Positions 1-11,204 of a stretch of 64,000 nucleotides of DNA are shown piece by piece (the first letter of the stretch is position 1; each line of letters opens with the position of its first letter). The DNA is taken from assembly GCF_963921235.1 (NCBI RefSeq), contig NC_086097.1, positions 190,900,001 to 190,964,000 on the forward strand. The letters are read 5' to 3'. Made by a program: the position numbers and the translations under genes. The notes under the pieces were generated by a model. It had not been told where the DNA came from. It worked only from the letters and a program-made list of their open reading frames with translations, and made no database searches. This DNA comes from Mobula hypostoma. Lineage: Eukaryota.

Positions 1-525
1 TGTTAGCAAAATGTTTTTTTTTGCCTTTAAAGTCTGTTTTCCCAAGCACATGATATTTTTGGGAAAGAAACTTGAAAAAAGCATATTTTGATATTTCGCT
101 ATTATGCAATCACAAGTTTTCAAAACATGAACACATAATTCAGTAAAGCATATCAATTCAGTCAGTAAAATGGGATCAGTGTAGTTCCCCTTGTGAATCA
201 GTACAGAGCTTGCAACAATCGTATCATTGCCAAGTGAGCTACTGGGAAATGAGTCAGTGCGAAAGAACACCCCCTCCCAATAATTGTCACAGTGCAGTGT
301 CTGGAAAAGACTGCTATGGAGGGGAGGATAAACAGGCAAGGAGTGGGAACATCATCCTCTCAAGCGCAACGGGAGCCACTCCCCCCAGCAGCCTGTATGG
401 CTTCCACCCATTGAATCAGCTGAGCCAACATATTGATATGAGAATACGTAATTCAGAAAAATAATGCTGCAGTAAACACAAATCTTTTAATTCTTGTGAT
501 ATTTTGGAACACGATTAATAAAAAA

Positions 526-1340
526 CATTGAATTGACATTATTTCTTACATCGTTCACATACATGAGGAGTAAAAATCTTTAAGTTACGTCTCCATCTAA
601 ATGTGCCATGTGCAATCAGAGTAATTTATAATAATTTATAATAAATAGAGCAGTCAATACACTCAAATCAGCATGAGTTCATCAGTCTGATGGCCTGGTG
701 AAAGAAGTTGTCCTGGAGTCTGTTGGTCCTGGCTTTTATGCTGTGGTACCACTTCTGGGATGGTAGCAACTGGAATAGATTGTGGTCGGGATGTCTTGGG
801 TCCCCAATGATCCTATAGGCCCTTTTTACACAGCTGTCCTTGTAAATGTCCGGAATCATAGGAAGTTCACAACTACGGATGTGCTGGGCTGTCTGCTCCA
901 CTCTCTGCAGAGACCTGCGATTAAGGGAAGTACAATTCCCATACCAGGCAGTGATACAGCCAGTCAGGATGCTCTCAGTTGTGCCCTGTAGAGGTGCTAT
1001 TGTGCCTTTTCCACCACACAGCTGGTGTATACAAGTCACATGAGATCCTTGGTGACATGGATGTGAGGAACTTGAAGCTGTTTACCCTCTAAACCCCAGA
1101 TCCATCGATGTCAATAGAGGTTAGCCCGTCTTCATTTCTCCTGTAATCCATAACCGGCTCCTTTGTTTTTGTGACATTCAGGAAGAGGTCACAAAACCAC
1201 TGTGGGCCACCTTGTTATTGTTTGAGATAAGGCCAATCAATGTAGTGTCATCGGCAAATTTAATTAGCAGATTGGAGCTGTGGGTGACGATACAGTCATG
1301 GGTATACAGGGAGTAAAGGAGGGGACTCAGTACACAGCCC
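526..1340 (-). mobile_element. Rex1/Babar-type LINE, 5'-truncated, decayed (RT C-terminal part and 3' end)
   Basis: Minus strand reads GCVLSPLLYSLYTHDC...LIKFADDTTLIGLI at ~1230-1340. ORF 668..1039 has ESILTGCITAWYGNC...HPDHNLFQLLPS...RTNRLQDNFFHQAIRLMN, the typical Rex1 ORF2 C-terminus. Confidence 0.88.
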
Positions 1341-1408
1341 ATTACATTATATGCAGATTTCCTGAGATATAGTGAATTATTCTAAACGATGAAGTTCACT
1401 TCCCGGAA

Positions 1409-2580
1409 GACCATTAGACATAGGAGAAAAATTAGGCCATTTGGCCCATTGAGTCTACGCCACATTCAATTATGGCTGATTCTTTTCTCCCCCTCCTCAG
1501 CCCCACTCACCAATCTTCCCTTTGTAACCTCTGAAGCTGTGTCCAGTCAAGAACCTATCAAGCTCTGCCATAAATATAGCCAACAACCCGACCTCCCCAG
1601 CTGCCTGTGGTAGTAAATTCCACAAATTCACCACTCTCTGGCTAAAGAAATGTTTCCGCATCTCTGAGATAAATAAATGGTCCTCTATCCTGAGCCTGTG
1701 CCCTCTTGTCCTAGACTCTCCCACCATGGGAAGCATCCTTTCTGCATCTACTCTGTCTAGGCCTTTCAACATTCAAAAGGTTTCAATGAGATCTCCCCTC
1801 ATCCTTCTGAATTCCAGCGAGTACAGACGCAGAGCTATGAGACATTCCTCATAGGATAACCCTATCATTCCCGGAATCATCTTTGTGAACCTCCCCTGAA
1901 CCCTCTCAAATGCCAGCACATCTTTTCTTAAATGAGGAGCCCAAAACTATTCACAATACTCAAGGTGAGGCCTCACGGTGCTTTATAAAGCCTCAGCATC
2001 ATATCCCTGCTTTTGTACTCAAGGCTTCTTGAAATGAATGCTATCATTGCATTTGCCTACCTCACCACTGACTCCCCTAGTCCCTTTGCCTCTCAAATAT
2101 TTGGATTTTCTCCCCATTTAGAAAATAGTCTACACATTTATTTCTTTTACCAAAGTTCATAACCATGCATTTTCCAACATTGTATTTAATTTGCCACCTT
2201 CTTGTCATTCTCCTAATCTGTCTAATCTTCTGCAGCCTACCTGTTTCCTCAACATCAGCTACCCTTCCACCAAGCTTTGTATTATCTGAAAACTTGGCAA
2301 CAAAGCCATCTATTCCATCATCTAAATCATTGCCTCCTACCAATTAGCCAATGCTCTAATCATGCCAATAACCTTCCTGTAATACCGTGGGCTCTCAACT
2401 TGGTAAGCAGCTTCATGTGTGGCACCTTGTCAAAGGTCTTCTGAAAGTCCAAATGTATAACATCCAGTGTATTCCCTATCAATTCTACGCGTAATCTCCT
2501 CAAAGAATTCCAACAGGTTGGTCAGGCAAGATTTTCCCTTAAGGAAACCATGTTAACTTTGTCCTCACTTGTCCTGTGTA
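1409..2580 (-). mobile_element. CR1 LINE fragment (RT to 3' UTR)
   Basis: HGFLKGKSCLTNLLEFFE at ~2500-2552; NDLDDGIDGFVAKFSDNTKLGG (ORF 2077..2343); FFSQRVVNLWNLLPQ (ORF 1497..1772); CR1 3' tail at ~1410-1450. Confidence 0.92.
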
Positions 2581-3909
2581 AGCAGGTACTCCATAATCTC
2601 ACTTTTAAAGTACTCCATAACACCATCTATCACAGCTTGAGGAAGACTATTCATACACTTATTGGAAAACTCTTATTTAGTGTTGCATTTCTCAGTAATG
2701 TTGACATACATACTGTACACTTAGCATTCCATTCTTTCAATCATAACTTCAAGAATCCAATTTTCCAATTTCTATGTAAGCCAAAAATACTTCAAGATAT
2801 CACAGTGATGAAATAATTTGACTTTTGGTTAATGTGGGAAATTTGCTCTCTTTCTTTTGTACCTGTCAGTTTGTGTTCAATTACTCAGGACAACCAAGGG
2901 TGAAGACAAATCAAAATGACTAAACTTTCAGACAAGGCATACACAAGTTCGAGTTTCTGGCATACATTGGCTCTGATATTTACTTGAGGCTTGGAGTAGT
3001 GTTGGAAGGGAGAATGCTCAAACAGAAAACCTGGAAGTATGGTTTTTCCTGCATATCTTGCCAAATTTAACAGCAGGTTGCCTTTTAAATGTTATCGGCT
3101 GACAGCCAGCTTAACAGGTTGGCAGTTTATTATGTTGGAAAGCTGCCAGGGTATGAATATCAGAGAAGTCTGAGATTATTAATGAGGTTCAAGTTGGAAG
3201 GACCTAGCCATTGTGGGGATGAATCTGACACGGTTGAGACTTGAACTCACAGGACAGTTGAAAGTGCATCATGAACTGAGAAGGCAAAGCAGCCACTCAC
3301 AAAGACACAAGGTACTGAAGATGCTTGAATCTGGGTCAACACGCACGGCACTGGGGGATGCTGGAAAGAAGCTGGCAACTTCCTCTAGCGTTTTGTGTGT
3401 GACGACTTACAGAGACAGAAGATGGGCAAACATACTCCTAGGGATCTGACTGCCTGGGAATCTGGAGTTAGCTCCTTGAGCCAGAGAGAAACATTTCTGC
3501 TTCTCCTGGCCCATAGTCAATGCTGCAACGATGGCAACAAATTTGTCATCAATGATCCAGCCTTTTGCATATGTTGTTAACCATCAGGATTCTTGAGACC
3601 CTACAACCCAATATATTAAAAATAAGACTTGCTCCACAAAAGAGCTACAGTACACAGATTCTGTTAACTAGCCCAAACAAAATAATCCAACACCATCACA
3701 ACTCTCACTCACCTCTGATTAAACTTACACTGGGAAGATGATACAGGTTGATAGTTCAGTTTGAGATAGTTCCTTTCTTGTCCCTAAAAATTTACTTCTA
3801 TAGCAAGGTTAACTTCATTCACACAGTGACTTACCTTTCCAATTTCTCAGTCTGGTTGTCTTCTGAACATAGTTTTAACACAGAAGCTGAATAAGGATAA
3901 GAAACAGGT

Positions 3910-4305
3910 TACTATTAATGACATATGTTGTGAAATTTGTTGTTTTGTGGCTGCAGTAGAGTGCAAAATATAAAAATTACTAAATTACAGCAGAAATGTA
4001 TAAAAAATGTAAGTGGTGCACAGAGAAAACAAAAGGTAAGGTACTGAGAACCACGTGTTCATGGTCTGTCCTGAAATGCTGACGGAGAGAAGCTGTTCTT
4101 AAAACATTGAGTATGTGTCTTTGGCTCCTGTACTTCCTCCTTGATGGTAGCAATAACAAGAGGGCATGTTCTGGGGTTGGTTAGGACCCTTAATGATAGA
4201 CACTGCCTTTTTGAGATATTGCCTATTAAAGATATTCTTGATGGTGAGGAGGCCAGTGTCCAAGATAGAGCTGGCTGAATTTACAACCCCCTGCAACATT
4301 TTCCA
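3910..4305 (-). mobile_element. Rex1-type LINE 3' fragment
   Basis: ORF 4099..4308 (LQGVVNSASSI...YLKKAVSIIKGP) followed by a Rex1-like AT-rich 3' UTR. Confidence 0.75.
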
Positions 4306-4489
4306 CACCAGACGGTATTTTATTTTTACTTCTGGTGTGGAGCAATGAGGTACCTTCTATCCACCAAACTCTTTTGTAGGACTCTTCTGAAATCTGCATT
4401 GTGTTGTGGAAGGGCTTTCCTCAGCCATGTGTCCAACACTGTTTGGCTTAGCTGACAGTTTCACCTTTGTAAATAACTATTGTTAAAAT

Positions 4490-4696
4490 GTATTTATTTA
4501 TTGGGATACGGCATCGAATGAGCCCTTCTGGCTCTTTCAGCTGTGCCGCCCAGCAAACCAATTTAGCCTAGCCTAACCGTGGGACAATTTACCAATACCT
4601 ATTAACCTACAAACTGGTACGTCTTTGGACTGTGGGAGGAAACCAGAGCATCTGGAGAAAACCCACACATTCATGGAGAGGATGTAAAAGACTCTT
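4490..4696 (-). mobile_element. HE1/V-type tRNA-derived SINE, body and tail (head displaced to 5631-5717)
   Basis: Reverse complement of the V-domain (tgtgggttttctccagatgctctggtttcctcccacagtccaaagacgtacc) with a (TAAA)n tail; homologous to the copy at 45710-45945. Confidence 0.8.
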
Positions 4697-5361
4697 TCAA
4701 AGCTGTAGTGACTGCAGATGAGTTTGATAGAAAGGTTGTGCTCCCACTCTTATTATTCCCGCCCTCTCTCTATACACCATTCAGGCGACATAAAAGCATT
4801 ATATAGCTAACTACTTTTGTCCAGCCTATAAGAAATTTAGTTTATCTTACAGATTAAAGAAAATTAGGAAGACCATAGCTGATTGGAATGCAACAGTAAT
4901 ATTACCACATTTTCTATTCCACCTTTTTACTCAAAGAAATGAATCTAGCATCAGATATGTAGGTACTTCCCATAACCAGGCTGGACCCTGTTTCTAACCG
5001 ACATAGCAACTAGGACAATGGTTCTTATACAGTAACCAAAGTTCCTTAGTTCAGCCTTTGCGCAGTGGGAGCTACGAAATTCTTTGCTAGCATTTCATCA
5101 AACATTTAAATTTAAATAATTTTAATTGCATTTTTTAAATGCGGGCTCAATCTGGATAAAGTTAAATGTCTTTATTCCGTCATTATGGTGCTTTGTAAAA
5201 GATGTCGCCATTTGAATGTTTTAAGTTGCTATAAGTCCACAAGCGGTAAATACAATATTTATACAATTTTAATCTGAGATTAATAAAAGTCTATTTTTAA
5301 AGTCTATTATTGAAGTTTACTTTAAATTGAATGAATGCACATGTTTTATAATAGTTTACGA

Positions 5362-5630
5362 CATGAATTGGAAGTAGGTACAGAGGAGATGTTAGGGGTA
5401 AGTTTTTTATGCAAAGAGTGGTGAGTGTGAGGAATGGGCTGTCGGTGAGGGTGGTGGAGGCAGATACGATAGGGTCTTTTAAGAGACTCCTGGAAATGTA
5501 CATGGAGCTCAGAAAAATAGAGAGCTATGGGTAACTCTGGGTAATTCTTAAGGTAAGGACGTGTTCAACACAACTTTGTGGACCGAAGGGCCTGTATTGT
5601 GCTGTAGGTTTTCTACATTTCTATGTTTCT
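5362..5630 (+). mobile_element. CR1 LINE 3' end
   Basis: agagtggtgagtgtgaggaatgggctg...gaccgaagggcctgtattgtgctgtagg, ending in a (tttctatg)-type tail. Confidence 0.88.
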
Positions 5631-5717
5631 TTACAGATGACATCGAAATTGAACTCTGAACTCCAATGCCCCAAACTGTAATAGAGTCAGACTAACCGCT
5701 ACACTACCATAGCACCC
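5631..5717 (-). mobile_element. tRNA-like head of the SINE at 4490-4696
   Basis: Minus strand gggtgctatggtagtgtagcggttag (A-box-like) ... gagttcaatttcg (B-box-like) ... ctgtaa, which continues directly into the SINE body at 4696. Confidence 0.72.
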
Positions 5718-7545
5718 ATGTGCTCAACACTGACAGCGTAAGACTTGACCATTGTTAAAATGCCCAAGCTTCACATTGTACATGTGGCAATCACTATCCA
5801 ACCTAAATCCCACTTCTAGTTCTTTCCTCTTCAACATTTAATCCCTGTTTTGTGATCACACCCACCCCAAACTAAGTTTCCTTCCCAAATTCTTCCAACA
5901 AAATTTACAATTCCTTTCAAAGGAAAATGACTAAAACCAAAATGACACAATTAAAGTACTTACTTGTGACCTTTTATCTGATGTAAATAAGCAGGATAAA
6001 GTTCAGCTACCAACAGAATACTAAAAGGGAGCACAAGTATCTACAAAATGTTGAACAATACCAAAAATAAGCCTGAATATGATAACTTATGATGATTACT
6101 AAATGATGAATTATTAAAACGGCAGTATAAGAATTAGTAAATTTTCTGAAGCACTTCAGCACAATAACAACAAATTGTAATTAATGATTTAACCTACAGT
6201 TATATTGAGATCATTTTTTTGCTGTTTGTTAATGTATCTAGCAAGAGTTTCTGGCCAAAAAGAGATATATTTTATGAGTTGTCAGCTGTAATGGAGCAAC
6301 ATTTCTCTTTTCAAGATCTGGAATTGGACACCAAATGAAATTTAATAAACATACCACATCTGAAACCACTTAATCTATTGATAAAGAATAATGAGCTATG
6401 GAATAAGGAAAAGAAGACATTTAGGCTCCTGGTAATATAACTGCTTAACATGAGTGCTCAGCATACTATCCCAGCAAAAGCAATATTTCAGGTGCTGATG
6501 TTTAGTGGCAGGACAGTTGAATTTGCAGGTTTTCAATTCCTTGTAAGAGCTCATCAAAATATATTTATAATTGAAATTCTCTAGGTTTTGCTCCTGTTTT
6601 AGAATATTCTACTGACTTCTACATTATCTCATAAGGACCTGAATAGTTCAAGGAGGTAAGGTTTCACAGGGTATAATCCTGTAGAATAACTTGTAGTAAT
6701 ATTGCATGTTTAACAAAGTAAAACATTTCAAACTCCCTAACATTATTTCTTTCACATAAATGAAATGTTGTTTTCACAGGAATTGACATGATAGGCGAAG
6801 GTGATGACTTTTTTCAGTGTAGACTCCATGAACCATTTGCTAATGGAAAAACTTTTCATTCACTATATCCAAACTTATCATGATCTTGTACGCTTCTGTC
6901 AAATTTCTTCCAGTCTTCTTTGCTTCCTATTTTAGAACTATTGAGTGCAATTTATGAAACCTAAGATCCGATAAGATCAACCAACTGCTCTCTTAACATG
7001 TCTTGCATCTAAAATAAGTTTATTGTTTGGATCAAAGTCAACTATTCTTAAAGGTCTTTGAAGGTCAGAGCCATTTCCAGTTAAGTTAAGCTTTATCTGT
7101 TTAGTATCAACTGCAAACAGATGGATATCTCAAAAGAATCTCTATTTTTGTTTTTTTAAACTTCTTTTGTGTATAATTGGTTTGCCTCCTTGAAGGACAT
7201 GTACGAAAGAAAAGAAAATTGTACAAGCAATTAGAATGCAAAAACAAAATGGTCTGCACAGAAAACATATAAAGCTCAAGTCAACGGATGAACTTTCTGG
7301 TTCCTGATGTAATTTGTTTGGTATTCAATCACCTTCAGTGCAAAAAGAAGCTGGTTAGAAAATTGCTGATTCTAACTATCCTCAACAATAATACAAAATT
7401 AACCATCTGTGCATACACCCACTAGGATTCTCTGACCTTCCCTGAACAGTTAGAGACCAGTTCAAACTAATTTAACCAGGTCAGCCAAACACTGGGCTCA
7501 AGTTACTTCCTGTCACAATCTATTCTTTCCACAGTCCTGCCACTT

Positions 7546-8372
7546 AGAGTCATAGAGTAATAGAAAAGTATAACACAGTAACAGGCCCTTTGGCCCAACT
7601 ACTCTGCGCCAAACCATTTAAACTGCCTACTCCCACCGACCTGCACCAGGACCACAGTCCTCCATACGCCTACCATCAGTGAACGTACCCAAAACTTCTC
7701 TTAAATGTTGAAATCGTGCTCGCATGCACCACTTGTGCTGGCAGCTCATTTCACATTCTCACCACCCTCTGAGTGAGGAAGTTTCCTGTCATATTCCCGC
7801 TAAACTTGTCACCCTTCACCCTTTGCACATGACCCTGGTTTAGTCCCATCCAACCTTAGTGGAGAAAGCCTGCTTACACTTATCCTATCTTTCCCCTCAT
7901 AATTTTATATACCTTCATCAAATCACCTCTGAATCTTCTATATTCCAAAGAATACAGTTCTAACCTTTTCAATCTTTCCTTATAACTCAGGTATTCCAAA
8001 TCTAGCAACATGCTTGTAAAATTTCTCTGTACTCTTTCAACCTTATTTACATCTTTCCTGCAGCTTGTGTCCAGTCTGCAGTGATATGTGGAATTGGTAT
8101 GTTGGTGACCAAAACTGCACACAATACTCTGAATTAATCCTCATCAAATGTTTATACAACTTCAACATAACATCCCATCTCCTGTACATAGTGCTGATCT
8201 ATGAAAGTTTATGTGCCAAAAGCTTTCTTTACGACAGTACCTATCTGTGACACCCCTTTCAATGAATTATAGACCTGTCCTCACAGGTCCCTTTATTCCA
8301 TTGCACTCCTCAGTGCCCAATCATTCACAGCGTAAGACCTACCCCAGGTGGTCCGACCGAAGTGCAACATCT
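7546..8372 (-). mobile_element. CR1 LINE 3' fragment, adjacent to the ERV 3' LTR
   Basis: ORF 7880..8122 (KDVNKVERVQRNFTSMLLDLEYLSYKERLKRLELYSLEYRRFRGDLMKVYKIM); same subfamily as 49345-49997. Confidence 0.9.
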
Positions 8373-8440
8373 CTACCTAACTACATGAACGGTTTCATAT
8401 TTAGAAACTACCTCTGGTTTAATACATCACTGTCAGAATC

Positions 8441-8771
8441 CTCACAGTGCACATTTTCAATTGTTCTGATCAAGTCATCCCTGAGAAAGAACCATTTTAC
8501 TAAACAGTACCACAAAATGGTGGCCACAAAAAGAATCTCACAAAATGTCAGCCTCTGTTCCTTCGAGCCTCATGGCCAGAAAAAAGAGATTTGATTTGTC
8601 AGCTTTCACTGTCCTTAGCTCATTCCAGTTAGCTGTTTTGCAGATCTTAATTCCTTCTCAGCCAATATCTCCAACCTTTTGATCCAAAGACTTTTACGCT
8701 AAGATCATCATTCTTCTCTCATTCTGTTGACTGATCTTGGCAGCGCTATAGACCCCAGTGGGTATGTTACA
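8441..8771 (-). repeat. ERV 3' LTR (recognisable part)
   Basis: Begins TGTAAC at 8771, 2 nt after the env stop. 8441-8643 aligns with 19950-20137 (ctcacagtgcacattttcaattgttctgatcaagtcatccctgagaaagaacc vs ctcactgtgttcactttcaattacactgatcaaggcacccctgagcaagaacc). Confidence 0.75.
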
Positions 8772-8772
8772 C

Positions 8773-10430
8773 TCATGTCATACATATTTTTAAAAATCTA
8801 CCTAATTCACACAATTCTCTTTTTTGCAGCAATTGCTCCTTCTGTTTTATTAAAGCATCGACTTCCAACTTCTGCATTATTTCAGTTTTCCACCATTTAA
8901 GTTGATATATGTTAAGCATTACAATTATCAACATATATAAAATTAGTAACCCAACTGCATGTAACACTATCCTCACCCAAGGCGTACTTAAATACTTAAT
9001 CCCAAATTCCAAAACTTGCTCCAAACATCAAAGTCATGCAGTACCTCATTTGCTTTATCAGCATGGGTTTAGTCCATTAATAGACTACCTTCCTCGCCTC
9101 CTCTGCAGCTTGTGTCCAGTCTAAGTGATATGTGGAATTGGTAACAACTCATTAACCAACAAACCTCCAAAAATATTAAACTGTATCTGTGTGTTGAATT
9201 ATAAGGTTCATTGCCACATTTACTGCTGTCTGAGCCAAAGTTTGTTCTCCAATAGCCAGATCTAAAATTAAGTTTCCAATGGCTACATTGTGTCCTTCCA
9301 AAGGAGGCCTCCATCTCTATATGATACATTTACCCTTCATTATGCTTATTATAAGAAAGACTGATTATTCACAGGCAAAATGGACAATTTTCATAAATAC
9401 TAAAAACATAATTCGTTAGGTTCTCACAAATGTGAGAAAATCTGCAGATGCTGGAAATCCAAGCAACACACACAAAATACTGGAGGAACGTAGCAGGCCA
9501 GGCAGCATCCATGGAAAAAAGTAAACAGTCGCGTTTTGGCCCAAGGCCCTTCATCAGGACTGACAGTCGACATTTTGGGCCAAGACCCTACATCAGGACT
9601 CCAGTCATAAACAAAAGAAAATCTGCAGATGCTGGAAATCCAAGCAACACACTCCAACCACAAACATGAGAAAATCTGCAGATGCTGGAAACCTAAGCAA
9701 CACACCAAGTCCTGATGAAGGGTCTTGGCTTGAAGCGCTGACTTTTACTCTTTTTCCATTGACCCTGCCTGGTCTGCTGATTTCCTCCAACATTTTGTGT
9801 GTTTCATTAGTTTCAGTCTAGTCATTTCATCTGGACAAGCCCAGTGGTATCCTGCTTGATGGCATCTTTATCAATCTATCCCTTTCTCAGTAGCATTCAA
9901 ATAGCATAAGGTGTTGGTTTACATAAGGATATCCAAATATTTTGTTGGTACTTGGCCAGACCATGCACCTTCCCCAAAGATAGGATAGATTATTTCCACA
10001 TCAGAGAATATGAATCTCTGCATTGACATAAAACCTCGTTTTACTGTCTTTGCAGTTATTGGTTAGTGTAAGAGTTCTAAAGTGACATAAGAGTAACTTT
10101 TCTCCAACTCATTCTTTTATCTGCTTGTCTGATACCCAATCTGGCACTTAGTGTGCCCCAAGTTGTAATAGATTTGTACCATTCATGGCCAGTACCCAAC
10201 TAGCCTATGTAGTACATGTCTCAGCCTCATGCGCTTTCTTAAAAGTGATGTATATATTGTCAATAATCAGGCTTTCATATTTAATCTCATCTAGCGTTAC
10301 CTGGGGTGAATTCCAATCCACTGATATAGTCCATATCGAATATTGGTAATGTTCTCCACTAATATCCAGTATTTTCTGCTGTGGTGGGGGACTGTATCTT
10401 GATTTATAATTTTGCTTTACCTAAGATATT
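8773..10430 (-). pseudogene. env: ERV env remnant (C-terminal ectodomain, TM anchor, cytoplasmic tail), interrupted by a Penelope-like insertion
   Basis: Across a frameshift it reads HADKANEVLHDFDVWSKFWNLGLSI / PWVRIVLHAVGLLILYMLIIVMLNIYQLKWWKTEIMQKL..., an aromatic membrane-proximal segment plus hydrophobic TM. It lies between RT and the 3' LTR. Confidence 0.65.
9425..9801. mobile_element. Penelope-like element pseudo-LTR remnants in tandem and inverted arrangement
   Basis: Three copies of gaaaatctgcagatgctggaaa(t/c)c..agcaacaca. Units cctgatgaaggg.cttgg... occur on both strands. Possible degenerate TSD ttcgttaggttc / ttcattagtttc. Confidence 0.72.
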
Positions 10431-11045
10431 GGCAATTGCGACTATAGTATCCTACCAGCTCCAGAAAGAATTTGTCTCCTTAGTTCTTGGGGAACAGATA
10501 GTTTCAAATCCCCCTCTATTCTTTGTCTATCAACTTGTTTTCTTCCCAGTGTTAGGACTATTCCCAAATAACTAACTACCGGTTTCATCACCTGTGTTCT
10601 TTTCATGTTTACTTTTCGTATTAATGCATTCAATAATTATTGCAATTTTGCTAAAGCTGTAAGTGTTTCTTGTTCGACTTCAGTCTGCAGAAGAGAATTG
10701 TCTGCATACTGGACTATGCACTCAGATTTTGAGCACTGTTGTTTTTAACCCTTCCCATAAGTGTTGGTGAACTATGGAAGGGGAATTACAGAATCCCAGT
10801 GGTTGGGTGCTCCATGTATACTTCTGTCCTTGAAAGGTAAACACGAGCTTTTGTATATTTATGCTCTCTTTCCAGTGGAATAGAATGAAACGTATTGCTA
10901 GTACAAAACCATAAGTCACTGCATTTAAACACTGTTTCCAGGCTAGATTGTATGACTGGGGCTGATCACAAGATTACTTTATTCAATTCCGGATAGTCTA
11001 TAGTAAGATTTCAACTATCATCTTATTGCTTTCCTGGTCAAATGG
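10431..11045 (-). pseudogene. pol: ERV reverse transcriptase core (decayed)
   Basis: I*PGKQ*DDS*NLTIDYPELNKV...SNTFHSIPL...LVFTFQGQKYTWSTQPLGFCNSPSIVHQHL...CIVQYADN (10697-10708, decayed YxDD)...KVNMKRTQVMKPVVSYLGIVL...SFLELVGYY. Confidence 0.9.
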
Positions 11046-11105
11046 TTTAGTTTTTATATTGCACAGGTGCATCACAAGGCTGTGTGGCCTGCCCCCTGTA
11101 ACACC

Positions 11106-11174
11106 GACTGTACTTTTTTCCATTGATGCTGCTGGGCCTGCTGAGATCCTCCAGCATTTTGTGTGTGTGTTGCT
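11106..11174 (+). mobile_element. Penelope-like pseudo-LTR remnant
   Basis: gactgtacttttttccattgatgctgctgggcctgctgagatcctccagcattttgtgtg, the same unit as 9740-9801. Confidence 0.65.
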
Positions 11175-11204
11175 ATAAGAAAGACTATCTTCCTCACGAT
11201 TCTG

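Noticed and set aside
210..464. 84-aa ORF in GC-balanced unique DNA
   Set aside because: Non-ATG start, no recognisable domain and no convincing splice sites.
3713..3865. Two strong minus-strand splice donors (GTGAGT at ~3712, GTAAGT at ~3835) with short open frames
   Set aside because: The implied intron is only ~50 nt and the peptides are unrecognisable, so there is no support for exons.
9425..9801. Repeated gaaaatctgcagatgctggaaa units as a repeat-spacer array, and the overlapping ORFs
   Set aside because: These are Penelope-like pseudo-LTR pieces also found dispersed at 11106, 29215, 43017 and 51268; the ORFs are incidental.
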